A stretch of 64,000 nt of DNA from Bdellovibrionota bacterium (GCA_050950765.1 JBMNIF010000002.1:32001-96000), one strand, 5' to 3'. Counted from the first letter of the stretch, positions 30,406 through 42,807 are shown. The notes: generated from the letters alone by a model not told the origin. Translations and numbers: made by a program.

Positions 30406-31743
30406 ATGCAAGAAGAAAATCACGGAAACAACAACGAGTTGGAGAATAATCAAACTTCTGAAGTAGCAGAAACAGAGCAGAAGAACAGTATTGAGCACGT
30501 TTATTTTGAAGTTGGCAATGATCTGACCTCAAAACCGAATGCTTTGGCTGACCTCATTCAAACAGTGGAATATCCACACGTTGAAGTGTTTTGTAACAGT
30601 CCATCCGAAGCCGATTTTGTTGATGCTATCCTCAGGAAACGTAATATCCCTTGCGGGAAATTGATCGGTCACGTTCCGTACTCAAAGATCTCTCAAACTT
30701 TACATCAGTTAAATACGGGATCTCTTAATGTTATTATCGTCACCGATATCTCTGCAAATGAGATTGACCCAGGTCAGTTTGATATCAGCATTAACTATGC
30801 CATTCACGAAGATCCTGAGATCTATCTGCACCGTTGCACCCCGCACTCTCAAGAGTCTAAGTTACAGAAAGTTTATAGCTTGGTTGGACCTCTTGATTTC
30901 GGAAACTTTCACTATCTTAAGAAAGTTGTCGATTTTGAATTTTCAAAAGGTGCCTTACCTACTAAAGATGATGTAGCAAAAAGTGAAGCAGAGCGTCTCT
31001 TTACAAGAGCTGTTCAGAGCCCTCACGGTAAAGATGCCGCTACGCAAGATCTTGTTGCTTTAATACAGGCGCATAAAGATTGTAACGCTATTATCGGATA
31101 CCTCCTTCACAACACTATGGTTACCCTTCCGGAGTTAAGCAACAGATCATCTTCTAAACAAGATGATTCTGTGGATAATTCACGTAGGGATCGCCGTGGA
31201 GATAGAGGCGATCGTTACGATCGTAGACGTGGAGGCGATCGTTATTCTTCACGTGATAAAGGTCGTTATGATGATTCATTTAGTGATGATAGACGCGACA
31301 ATCGTCAGATGCGAGAGGAGTATGAGCCACCGAAACGTGATGTTAGGTTCTACTTAGGTCAAGGTCTCAATGATGGACTTACAGATTACGAGTTCCGTAA
31401 TGTCCTAGAGAATGAACTCAACCTCACTCCAGAACAGATTAAGCGTCTTAGTATTCGCGATAATTACGCCTTCATAGATTTTGATGAAGAGAGTTCTGAA
31501 GAGATTATTCAGAAATTGCAGGAATTAGAGCTTCCAAATATCGGGAAACTTTTTATTCGAAAAGCTACCGTAATCAACTCACCTAGAATAAGGATCTCTG
31601 CATCTAGTGAAGATAACGATGATAATAACTTTGAGGAAGAGTCTGCTAACGATACCTTTAATGATGAAGACTCTGACAACGGTGATTGGTGTGATGCTTC
31701 TGATGAAACTACGGATTTTGCTGAAGCAGATGAAGAAGACTAA
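30406..31743 (+). CDS. DeaD/CsdA-like protein lacking the DEAD domain: degenerate helicase C-domain, DbpA RNA-binding domain and acidic tail
   Basis: VFCNS (motif IV), VTDISANEID (motif V-like), YLHRC (broken motif VI), RFYLGQG...DNYAFIDF (DbpA-like). Confidence 0.7.
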   Translation: MQEENHGNNNELENNQTSEVAETEQKNSIEHVYFEVGNDLTSKPNALADLIQTVEYPHVEVFCNSPSEADFVDAILRKRNIPCGKLIGHVPYSKISQTLHQLNTGSLNVIIVTDISANEIDPGQFDISINYAIHEDPEIYLHRCTPHSQESKLQKVYSLVGPLDFGNFHYLKKVVDFEFSKGALPTKDDVAKSEAERLFTRAVQSPHGKDAATQDLVALIQAHKDCNAIIGYLLHNTMVTLPELSNRSSSKQDDSVDNSRRDRRGDRGDRYDRRRGGDRYSSRDKGRYDDSFSDDRRDNRQMREEYEPPKRDVRFYLGQGLNDGLTDYEFRNVLENELNLTPEQIKRLSIRDNYAFIDFDEESSEEIIQKLQELELPNIGKLFIRKATVINSPRIRISASSEDNDDNNFEEESANDTFNDEDSDNGDWCDASDETTDFAEADEED

Positions 31744-31840
31744 TAGTCCTCTAAGGCTCTAATCAAACAAAAAGGGGGATCGTGACTAAATAAAAAACGC
31801 TCCCCCTCATCTCTCCGTTTTGTTATATAGCACTACCTAC

Positions 31841-33762
31841 TTACGGCACTACCAACTTTGTACCAGCTATAACATTTGTACCTTTCAACTTATTTGCTTT
31901 CTGCAAGGCAGATATAGAGACTCCAAGCTTTTTACTAATCCCCCATAAAGTATCTCCAGATCTGACAGTATAACTTCTTACCTTAGGAGACGGTGATTTT
32001 GTTGAAACACCTTGTCGTAACGTCGGAATCTTTAAAACTTGTCCGATCCTTAAAGTATCTGATGAGATACCGTTAAGGCGTTTTAAATCAGAGAGAGAGA
32101 CTCCGTTCTTAGTCGAAATTGAATAAAGGTATCTCCCTTTTTTACCCGATAAGTCCGAGTAACCACACCTTGCGGAGCTTGAACATTTTTTGATGTTGCT
32201 ACATTAGAGTGCGGAAGCGTTATTTTTTGACCGATTATTACAGTAGTAGACTTTAAGTTGTTAGCTTTTTTTATAGCATCAACTGAAACGCCGAACCTCT
32301 TAGCAATTCCTGATAACGTATCTCCTTTCCTTACGGTATATGAAGTTACTTTTAAACGAGAAGGAGCTTCTGTCGTCACCTGCTGAGCAGCGCCACCTTT
32401 TACTATTAAACGTTGCCCGATTCTCAAGGTATGAGATTTCAAGCCGTTTAACTTCATTAACTGAGACACCGTCGTATTATATTTCCTAGCAAGAGAGATC
32501 AATGTATCTCCCTTTCTGACCTTATACGTGATGCCGCCATAAACAGAGCTGGCAGCAGGTGCCATTGGCTCTACCTGCGCTAAGTTAGCAACATATACAC
32601 TAGCTTGTGGAGGAATTTTAAGGTTATACCCCCGCGGTAGGCGCGCTCTACCTGACCAGATCGGCGCAAGTAAGCCGTAATTAAGTGGAATCAGATCATG
32701 TTTTGAGATATGTAGCTGCCTTGTTAAATATTCAATAGAGGCGGAGTTTTTTAGTTTTAACTCAACAAAGGAAAGGGGACGTTCTATCTTTAGATTCGGG
32801 AAATAACTCTCCTTTTTCTCATAAACAGCCAGAGCCTGCTAAAAAATTCAGGGTAAAAATTATTCGAAGCAAAACCTAATAAACGTTGGGTGCGGTGCTC
32901 CACTATCTGCGTAATATCTTTTGTACCTAAAGTTTTAACCTTACGCGCCACACCTGTTACACCGTGATTATAAGAAGTTATAGCGAGTGGCCAAGTACCC
33001 AAAACTCCATAAGCGTGTTTCAGATAAGCTGCAGCTGCACGTGAAGCTTCTATCACATCCAGCCTTTCATCAATCATGTTATTTAACCATCATCTTATAC
33101 GATCTGGCAGTGGCAGGCATAAATTGCCAGATACCAGCGGCACCAACCGAGCTACGCACAGAATAATCAAAAGAAGACTCTACAAATGGGAGTCTTGTTA
33201 ACTCTTTCGGCAAGCCAGCTTCTTTAACAAAGATATCTTCAATATGTGAAAGATATAATCCAGAACGCTCTAAAGCTTCTCGATAACGCTCTTTAATCCC
33301 CCTCTGTGAACGGATTAGATCGTTTTTAAAAAGATCCTCGTATTTCTTCGAACCACTCCCCAAAAAAGCCATTCTTCGCGCCATAGTTTTTTCAAGTTCT
33401 GAAACAGGTCGCTCTCCTTTAGCCAGACGTCTAGCCGCCCCTTCAACTATGGCAACATGTTTTTTTATCTCCTCTTTCTTATATTTTTCCAGAGCAACTT
33501 TATTCATTTTTTTAGCTGCAGTGTAAAAATCAAGAACCATAAAAACGACTTGTGGATAAGCACGGTGATGGATTACCTCGTGGTTGTCACCGTAGCGCGT
33601 AAAGATATCTATCCAAAAATTAACACGTGGCTGGAGCCCCTTTGGCACTATAAAAGCGGCGTTACGTGTCTGCACTCTATTTTGAGAATAAAGTGGTAGT
33701 GCTGTAAAAAAAAGTATCATCGATACAAAAACAACAGATAACCTTCTCATCTTTCTCTTCAT
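31841..33762 (-). pseudogene. mltD: MltD-like lytic transglycosylase with four LysM domains, split by about 3 frameshifts (probably sequencing indels)
   Basis: SLT motifs LPFVESSF, GAAGIWQF, IDERLD and AITSYNHG; LysM repeats Y.V+xGDTL. The last fragment reads ...YTVRSGDTLWGIS...GTKLVVP and stops at 31841. Confidence 0.8.
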
Positions 33763-35129
33763 TTCACCTGATCTAAAATTACCTTAATAATTTTCTCCTC
33801 TACCTCCCACTTTTTAGAATGTGATAATCCATTGTTTTGCAAAATAGCAAAAGCATATTTTTTATTTATTCCTTTAATATAGCCTGCTAAAGCGCTAACT
33901 CCATCAATCGAGCCAGTTTTAGCTTTTATCACTGCGTGGGGGAACTTTAGTTTTCTTAATTTTAATGTTCCGCTTTCACCTCCTACTGCTAAAGATTTTT
34001 CAAATTCAGTTGAAATATATATATCGCTCCAAGCTTCTTGCAGAAGTCGTGTGATAATCCTCGCAGAGAGGCGATTATTATGACTAAGCCCTGAAGCATC
34101 TACGATATTATATTCAGAGCGCTTACCCAAAGAAGCGGCAAGCCCCCTAAGGCGATTTAATCCTACTTCTCGTTCTTTGGCTTTTATGTGAACGGTATCC
34201 AACGCAACCACAAGTTGTTCTGCCGTGAAGTTATTACTGAACCTGTTCATATCCTCCACGATCTGACTAAGTGGTTTTGAGTACAGCACGAAAAATTGCT
34301 GCGCTTTCGCAGAAACCACTCCACTTCTTGAAACGGACTGCACTTGAATACCTAAATCATTTAAAAAAGCCTTAAAGACAGCCGCAAGATAATCTTCAGG
34401 ACAAGCTAAACTGCGGTAAACATTTTGACAAGTCGTTCCACGCACAATTTGTCCAGAAATGTGATATCTCCCCGCCACTCCACACTGCCCTGTGCCCCGA
34501 TCTGTGATCTTAAAACCGTTCCCCCTATTTGTGGTGGTTTGAATCTCCCCTACTATGTCAGTTCTGTACTCCCACGGATCTTGTCTTACAAAGGCAGGTT
34601 GTCCGAGTGCAGCAGGACAAACCTCAAAGGTAAGAGAATTAAAATTAAACGGCAAGCCGGATCCCCCCGCTTCATAAGCCCTCTCACCACTTCTTTTATT
34701 AACTGTTTTATATACAGAAGAATCCAGTATCAGGTGTTTTATCTGTTTTATACCACGCCGCTTTACAGCTCTGGCGAGTATCCAAAGTTGTTCAGTTGTT
34801 AAAGTCGGATCTCCCGAACCTATTATATAGAGAGAATCCGCAACACCTCCTACCTCTCCTTGAAGAGATAATCTTGTTTGGAAACGATATTCCGACCCCA
34901 AAACTTTTAAAGCAGAATGTGCAGTCAAAAGCTTCATAACGCTGGCAGGTTTAGCAGGTGTCGTCTCATTTAGAGCATAAACACTTTTAGCGTTATCAAG
35001 ATCTACAACGGAGATATAAACCCCGTTAATATCTTTTATAATCTTATTTAAAGTTACAGGAAGAGTCTCTGCCACAACAGGCGCTGCGCTGAACAAGACC
35101 CAGAATAGACCGATAAAAAATACCTTCAT
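33759..35129 (-). CDS. dacB: D-alanyl-D-alanine carboxypeptidase/endopeptidase (PBP4, peptidase S13)
   Basis: Motifs PASVMK, GSGDPTL, SNN, DASGLS and KTGS. Confidence 0.92.
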   Translation of the reverse strand: MKVFFIGLFWVLFSAAPVVAETLPVTLNKIIKDINGVYISVVDLDNAKSVYALNETTPAKPASVMKLLTAHSALKVLGSEYRFQTRLSLQGEVGGVADSLYIIGSGDPTLTTEQLWILARAVKRRGIKQIKHLILDSSVYKTVNKRSGERAYEAGGSGLPFNFNSLTFEVCPAALGQPAFVRQDPWEYRTDIVGEIQTTTNRGNGFKITDRGTGQCGVAGRYHISGQIVRGTTCQNVYRSLACPEDYLAAVFKAFLNDLGIQVQSVSRSGVVSAKAQQFFVLYSKPLSQIVEDMNRFSNNFTAEQLVVALDTVHIKAKEREVGLNRLRGLAASLGKRSEYNIVDASGLSHNNRLSARIITRLLQEAWSDIYISTEFEKSLAVGGESGTLKLRKLKFPHAVIKAKTGSIDGVSALAGYIKGINKKYAFAILQNNGLSHSKKWEVEEKIIKVILDQVK

Positions 35130-35235
35130 GGATCCACCCCCGAAAAACGATTTACCCTCAGGATCGTCAACTTTTTAATAGTTTTTTATCCCTTACACGG
35201 AATTTTTCCGTGCCCACTTTAACTTAACATAACAT

Positions 35236-36479
35236 TTATAAAGTGGAGAGTCCCTCGTTATCACGGTAATCTAGAAAAACCTCTTCTGTGGTGGGGAGAT
35301 CAAAAATACCGTTTGTAGCGGGTGGTAGAAGCTCTTTTAATTTATAGACATTTGCACCGCAGGTATAACAATTACACTTGGAAAAATGATAACAGAGACA
35401 GATCTTATCATTTATCACACCGAGATCTTTCTGCGATGGTACACCGTTTAAAGCGTTCTGATAAGCATCAAGGTACTGACAGGTGCCGTTATCATTCAAG
35501 ACGTATCCGAACAATTCACAGTTCGGTTTAACATTAGAAGCGAGACAGGGGCTATTTTTCAATAATCGAATCGGATAACCTGTTGGTGAAACGTGCGAAA
35601 CCACCACATCTTCCTTTTTAGCGTGCAGATATGCTTGTTTAGCAACATCGGGCAATCCCGACTCCTTTGTAATAGCGAAACGAGTTGCTACCTGCACACC
35701 AGAAGCGCCGAGTTCCATCAGCTTTACGGCATCTTGCCCTCCAAAGACACCCCCTGCCGCCAAAACAGGGATATTGATATCTTTCTCTTTCATATAAGCT
35801 AGCAGCTCTTGTAATAACGTGCACAGATTGTAATCCGCCCAATCATCTCCGAAGCCGAGGTGTCCACCCGCTAAAGGTCCTTCCAAAACGATATAATCAG
35901 GTAATCTACCGGCACGCCCCGCACTCCGTAAAAATATCGCTAAGGCGCGGTAACTTGAGACAACAATCCCTATCTTTACATGTTTTGCTTTCGGGTTAGT
36001 GACAACCATTCCCATGCTGTATTGATGTAATCCAGCAGAAAATGTAATCCCATCGATTCCACCATCTATTGCTGCGTTGATGCGTGCATTTAAAGTTTCT
36101 TTGGGCAGAGGCCATAGTCAACTTTTCCATAATATTGATGAAGATGGCGCCGCTACCCTGTTTTTTATCCATAGCCTTACGCACATGTAATAACTGCGCC
36201 TCCCTAACCTCTTCTGGATTAAATTTAATATTAGTTTTATCGAAAAAAAGATCGTTGATCTATCGGAAAACGGCGTGCCTTATTTACAGAAAATGAAGTG
36301 CCGTATTTATGATCGCAAACATCTCCAACCATAGCATCAGAGATGTGCCCTATTCCTCCAAGTCTACTTGCTTCTGCAGCCATCTCCGGCGTTGAGATAT
36401 TAACTCCCATACCACCTATCATAATGGGAACGAACTCCTGACCTGCAATCTTTAAGGTATAATCAGCTACTTTTTTCAT
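35236..36479 (-). pseudogene. Nitronate monooxygenase/FabK-like flavoprotein, split by 2 frameshifts (~36260 and ~36105)
   Basis: Motifs PIMIGGMGVNIS, FINIMEK, GITFSAGL, VLEGPLAGGHLG, AAGGV and GVQVATRF are spread over three frames. Confidence 0.8.
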
Positions 36480-36833
36480 ACTTCTTTATCTCAACTTTTC
36501 TAGATACCCTCGTTACATCGTTGTAATTACCGTTAGCCATCGCAGAAAAACGGTAAGACATCAGGCGTTTATAGGATTTAAAAAATCAAATACACCAACG
36601 TGCACCATTTAGTATCTATTTTGCAACGTTATCCCATAAGAGATCCAGCATCAAAACAACAATAAACCGTACATTGTACGGTTTGTTCTTTTCCACCCAA
36701 AACCTTTCCGCACTCTTTTTATCTATTCCCAACTTTCAAGCGTCTTTTATGCTCTTTTTTTCTATTTCAAGTCCCCCTCAAAAAAATATTAGCTTTGTAA
36801 GACCCTTACAATTATTCTCTTACAATTATCTTT

Positions 36834-36863
36834 TTGCTTAACAACCGTTTTCTGCGCTATATT
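36834..36863 (+). promoter_or_regulatory. Putative sigma70 promoter, duplicated at 39858..39887
   Basis: TTGCTT, 18-bp spacer, TATATT; conserved in front of both paralogs. Confidence 0.45.
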
Positions 36864-36937
36864 AGAGACCAGAATTTAAAAAGATTCTGTAACTTCCCGT
36901 TGCTTAATTGTTGTATCTCTTTAATTTGGGAATATTG

Positions 36938-39690
36938 ATGAGAACGTTCTATATCTACGCCGGACGAAATACAGGGAATCCCGTTGCTAACATGATTATC
37001 ACAACGGAATGTCAATTGTGGCCCTGGGAATATTTTCGAGAGATGCTGGACAAGATGGCAGGAGGATTTTCAGGGATCCGTTTTTTCCGGCTCTTTTTTT
37101 ACCCCGCAAAGGGGTTTGCTATATCGCTCTAACAACAGACGATGCCTCAGCAGATCTTTTAGTCCAATCCTTTTATTCAGCCTTAGAGTTTACCTTCCCA
37201 GGTGTGGAGATACATGAAGGTCCAGATTTTATAGATGAGATAACTCCTGATATGGAGCTAGCTTCTACGGAGTTGTATTTCAAGCGTAGCTTTATCTATC
37301 CAACTACGACCGGTAAGACATTAAAGGTCAACCCTCTCGCCCCACTAGCTAACACCATGATAAACTTTCCTCCTGAAGATAGAGTCATCGTGCAAACTAT
37401 CATAACCCCTCTTAAGGATGACGCCTTTTTACAATTCTACATTGCAAGAAGTAGAGCGATCGATCGTTTTACGCATAAATTTGAAGCTAAATACTGGTTT
37501 AAAAGAGATGCTGTGCCATACATTCATGAAAAAATAGAAGAAAAGTGCAAATCCAGAATTTACCAAGTAACTATTCGCTTAGCTGCTTTTAAAGAGTGTG
37601 AACAAACTCCTGCTGCAAAGAAGGAGATGCGTGAATTGTTGAAAAAACGGCTTCATTCAATGATCGGCGCATACGCTATTTTAAATGATTCAGACCTTAA
37701 TACGTACCTCCCGACACCTGTTGTCTACGGTGAACGTGCTTTAAAACCGTTAAAAAACCGCACCTTCGGACGTAAGGTCTTACTCTCTCCGATTGAACTT
37801 GCAGCCGCTTGGCACCCCACAGGGGACTTCTCCAATATGCCAAAGGTATTATCAAGACACTACGCTCCACCGCCAGATATGCCGCAGGAAGAAGGAGATC
37901 CGAATGTCTGTTTTTTTGCTCGCACTAATTACAGAGAAACAAAAGTTCCTTTCGGATTTAGTCGTCCCGATCGTAGAAAACACCTTTATGTACTCGGCAA
38001 ATCTGGAACTGGAAAATCCTGTATGTTGCAACTACTCATTAAGAACGACATGGAGAATGGGCACGGTGTAGGCGTAATAGATCCGCATGGAGATCTGATA
38101 AGTAATCTTTTAAAACTTGTTCCAAAAAACAGGGTTGATGATGTTATTATTTTGGATCCCTCAGACAGAGATTTTCCCGCTAGCTTTAATCCGTTAGCTT
38201 GGGTACCGGAGCCTCTAAGAACGCCTGTCACATTAGGAATCGTCGCTATTTTTAGGAAGTTATTAGGTGAGAGGTGGAACGAACATATAGACTATTTAGT
38301 ACGTGTTACCGTCTTGGCTTTACTCAGTACTCATGATGCTACTTTACTCTCAATCCCGAAGATCCTGACAGATGAAAAGTACAGGGCAACAGTAGCGAGT
38401 GCCGTAAGCGATGACGGCATCAGAAAATTCTGGCTATACGCTTTTGATTCATGGTCAGAGGATCATCAAGCCGATGCCATAATTCCACTTATAGACGTTT
38501 TACGCCACTTCTTATCATCAGACATGATCAGAAATATCGTCGGGCAACCTGTAAATCGCTTTGATTTCAGGTCTATTATGGATGATAAAAAGATCCTACT
38601 TGTTAAAGTTTCAAAAGGGCTGCTCGGAGATGAAAATGCTACCCTCTTCGGCGCTCTCGTTGTTAGCAAGATCTATCAAGCTGCTATGTCAAGAGCTGAC
38701 ATTCCGCAGGAAGAAAGGAAAGATTTTTATTTTTACATCGATGAATTCCAAACTTTTGCAGCTGAAAACGTTAAAGATATGTTGGCAGAATCACGCAAAT
38801 ATCACCTTAACTTAACTTTGGCACATCAATTTTTACAGCAGCTGCCGAGCGATGTTAGCAACACCATCTTCGGTAATGTCGGGAATGTTGTTACATTTTG
38901 CGTCAGTGGAGATGATGCCGATGTTGTTACAAAAGAGTTATTAAACGAGTTTGACCTTGTGTCATTAACAAATCTGCCGCTCCGAGAGTTCTATGTAAAG
39001 ATGTTGGTTAATGATAAATCCACTAAGCCTTTTTCAGGAACAACTTTAACGGTTGAATATCCGGAGGATAGCTGCGCTGATGAGTGTGTTACCGCCTCCA
39101 GAAGTCAATATGCCGTACCTCTAAAACAGGCTGAAGACATGATACTTCGTTGGGAAAAAGGGGATAATTTTATTGTTAGACCTGAGGTATTTGGAGAGCC
39201 TACTCTCGATCTACGTCAACATCTGAGGTATTACGGAACTGTCTTACAACTTTCAGATCTAAATATTACTGATGAACACTTATTGCAATTAAGCCACACT
39301 GCTTTTGATAATGTTAAAAAATTGGTGCTGACTAATACACGCATTACAGATAAGGGATTAACCTCGATAGCTAATTTACGAAACCTTACTCAACTCTTCC
39401 TTGACGGTACTGATATTACTGACAGCGGCTTAAAAGCGATCACAGTTTTGCCACGACTACGCATTCTAAATCTTAGTAGGACAGCAGTTTCAGCGCTAGG
39501 ACTTGCGCCCTTACGAAGTTCCAAGATTAGAAAACTAATTCTACGAGAAACTAAGGTAACCGATAACGGATTAAACTACCTGACTGAATTTAAACGGCTA
39601 TCAGAAGTGGCGTTAGAAAGAACTGCTATTTCTGATAAGGCGCTCGATCAACTCTGTTCGAACTTACCAAATGTTAATATTCACGCCTAA
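36938..39690 (+). CDS. TrwB/VirD4/HerA-type ATPase fused to C-terminal leucine-rich repeats, copy 1 (net +2 frameshift near 37085-37105)
   Basis: DRRKHLYVLGKSGTGKS (Walker A), VIDPHGDL, FNPL, YIDEFQ (Walker B), ESRKY...AHQ; about 6 LRRs LxxLxLxxTxITDxGL. N-terminus MRTFYIYAGR restored by comparison with copy 2. Confidence 0.82.
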
Positions 39691-39964
39691 GGAGCAGAAC
39701 CGTTAGGGTATTTTTTCGCTATTTAATAAGCTAATAAGAGAGTCATTATAAAAACAATAAAAAAGCGTACATTGTACTGTTTTTCTTTATGAAAACTCTC
39801 CTTCCAAAAAGCATTAATTTTGTAAGATCTTAGGATTGCTCTCTTACAATTAACTTTTTGCTTAAAGACCGTTTTCTGCGCTATATTAAGCACAGGATTT
39901 TTTAAAAAAAAGATTCTGTAACTTCCCATTACTTAACCTGTTATTTCTTATTTTAGGAATATTG

Positions 39965-42713
39965 ATGAGAACGTTCTATATCTACGCCGGAAGAGGTACT
40001 ATGGATCCTGTTGCTGGCATCATTATCACAACAAAATGCGGTTTATGGGCATGGGAATACTTTCGGGAGATGTTAACTGAACTAGCAGATATGTTGTCTG
40101 TTCGTTTTTCCGGTTGCTTTTTTACCCGTGAAGGGATCTGCTACATCGCTTTAACCACAGATGATTCATCAGCAGATCTTTTGGTCAGCACCTTTTACTC
40201 ATCACTCTCATTTATCTTTCCCGATCTAGAGATACATGAAATGCCAGATTTCATAGATGAGATAACTCCTGATATGGAGGTAGCCTCTACGGAATTACGT
40301 TTTAAACGTAATTTCATCTTTCCAACTACTACGGGTGCAGAGTTAAAAGTCGACTCTCTAGCTCCATTAGCTAACGCTATGGTGAACTTCCCTCCTGAAG
40401 ATAGAGTATATCGTACAAACTATTATGCGCCCCCTAAAAGATGATGTTTGGTTACAATTCTACATTGCGATAAACAGGGTCTTGGATCACATCAAGCATA
40501 AATTTGATGTTAAGTACTGGTTTAAAAGAGATGTTGTTGAATACATGTATGAACGGGTAGAGAAAAAGTGTAAAGACAGATTTTACGAAGCAACTATCCG
40601 TTTAGTTGCTTTTAAAAAATGTGAGCAAACTCCTGCTGCAAGAAAGGAGACGCGCGAGATATTAAAAAAGCGACTTTCTTCGATGGTTGGCGCTTATTCT
40701 TTTTTAAATCAGACAGATCTTAATAAGTACGTTCCGACACCTGTTGTGTACGGTGAGCGCGCCTTAAGACCGTTAAAAAGACGCACCTTCGGACATAAGA
40801 TACTAGTGACACCCATCGAGCTTGCTGCCGCTTGGCACCCCACAGGTGATTTCTCCAATATGCCGAGGGTCTTGGCAAAACACTACGCCCCGCCACCAGA
40901 GATGCCACAAGAAGAGGGCGATCCAAATGTCTGCTTCTTTGCCCGTACTAATTTCAGAGAAACTAGGGTTCCTTTCGGATTTAGCCGCCCCGATCGTAGA
41001 AAACACCTTTATGTACTCGGCAAATCAGGAACTGGGAAATCATCCATGTTACAACTACTCATCAAGAGCGACATGGAGAATGGGCACGGTCTAGCTGTAA
41101 TCGATCCACACGGAGATCTGATAAACAATCTTTTAAAGCTTGTTCCGAAAAACAGGGTTGATGATGTTATTATTTTAGATCCTGCCGACAGAGACTTTCC
41201 TGCTAGCTTTAATCCATTAGCTTGGGTGCCGGAACATTTAAGGATGTCGGTAACGTTAGGAATCGTTGCTATTTTCAAGAAGTTGTTAGGCGAGAGGTGG
41301 AATGAGCATGTAGACTATTTAGTGCGTTTTACTGTCTCAGCTTTACTTAGCACTCACGATGCTACCTTGATGTCAATTCCGAAAATTCTAACAGATGTAC
41401 GGTACAGAACAGCTGTGGCAGGTGTTGTAAGCGACAGTGGCATCAGAAAATTCTGGCTGCACGCTTTTGATTCATGGTCAGAAGCTCATCAAGCTGATGC
41501 TATAATTCCACTTATAGACGTTTTACGTCACTTCTTATCATCAGACATGATCAGAAATATCGTCGGGCAACCTGTAAATCGCTTTGATTTCAGGTCTATT
41601 ATGGACAATAAAAAGATCCTACTTGTTAAAGTTTCAAAAGGGCTGCTCGGAGATGAAAATGCCACCCTTTTCGGCTCTCTCGTTGTTAGCAAGATCTATC
41701 AAGCTGCTATGTCAAGAGCTGATATCCCGCAGGAAGAAAGGAAAGATTTTTATTTTTACATCGATGAATTCCAAACTTTTGCATCTGAAAACGTTAAAGA
41801 TATGTTGGCAGAATCGCGCAAATATCACCTTAATTTAACTTTAGCACATCAGTTTTTAAAGCAGCTGCCGAGCGATGTTAGTAACACCATCTTCGGCAAT
41901 GTTGGAAATTTCGTTACATTCTGCGTCAGCGGAGATGATGCAGGCACTGTTTCAAGAGAATTATCAAACGAGTTTGACCTTGTATCATTAACAAGTCTGC
42001 CGTTACGAGAGTTTTATGTAAAGATGTTGGTTAATGACAAACCTACTAAGCCCTTCTCCGGAACAACTTTAACAATTAAATATCCGGATAATAACTGCGC
42101 TGATGAGTGTGTTAACGCTTCTAGAAGTAAATATGCCGTTCCTCTAAAACAGGCTAAAGATATGATTCTCCGTTGGAGGAAAGGTGACACCTCTTTTATC
42201 AAACCTGAAATGTTCGCAGAGCTTAAGATCGATCTACGCCAACACCTGAGACGGCACGAAAGTGTCTTACAACTTTCAGATCTGGATATTACTGATGAGC
42301 ATTTATTGCAATTAAGTCATACCGCTTTTGATAATGTCAGAGAATTGCTCTTAAGTAATACGCACATTACAGACAAGGGCTTGATTTCGATAGCTAACTT
42401 ACGGAATCTTACTCACCTTTTCCTTGACGGCACTGATATTACTGATGACGGCTTAAAAGCGATCATGATGCTACCACGCTTGCAGATCCTAAATCTTAGT
42501 AGGACAGCGGTTTCAGGTGTTGGGCTTGCAACTCTACGAGGATCCGAGATTAGAAAACTAATCCTACGGGAAACTAGGCTGACCGATAGTGGCTTAGATT
42601 GCCTGACTGAATTTAAACAATTAGCAGAAGTGGCTTTAGAGGGAACTGCTATTTCTGACAAAGCCTTCGATATACTTTGCTCGAACTTACCTAATGTTAA
42701 TATTCACGCCTAA
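39965..42713 (+). CDS. TrwB/VirD4/HerA-type ATPase-LRR fusion, copy 2 (+1 frameshift near 40409)
   Basis: Same motifs as copy 1; ORFs 39962..40444 and 40425..42713 together align with copy 1 end to end. Confidence 0.82.
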
Positions 42714-42807
42714 GGGGCAGATCCATTTAGGTTTTTTAAGTTAGACAATAAAAAACGTAACCTGTTACAGGGTGTATAACCACAAAATACATCCTGTACT
42801 CTTTACG

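Noticed and set aside
37080..37110. Programmed frameshifting or phase variation at poly-T/poly-C tracts
   Set aside because: The tracts are short, the paralog is broken at a different site, and similar indels hit neighbouring unrelated genes; sequencing error is more parsimonious.
36938..42713. Conjugative element or ICE
   Set aside because: No relaxase, VirB4, integrase or att sites in the window; only the two ATPase paralogs.
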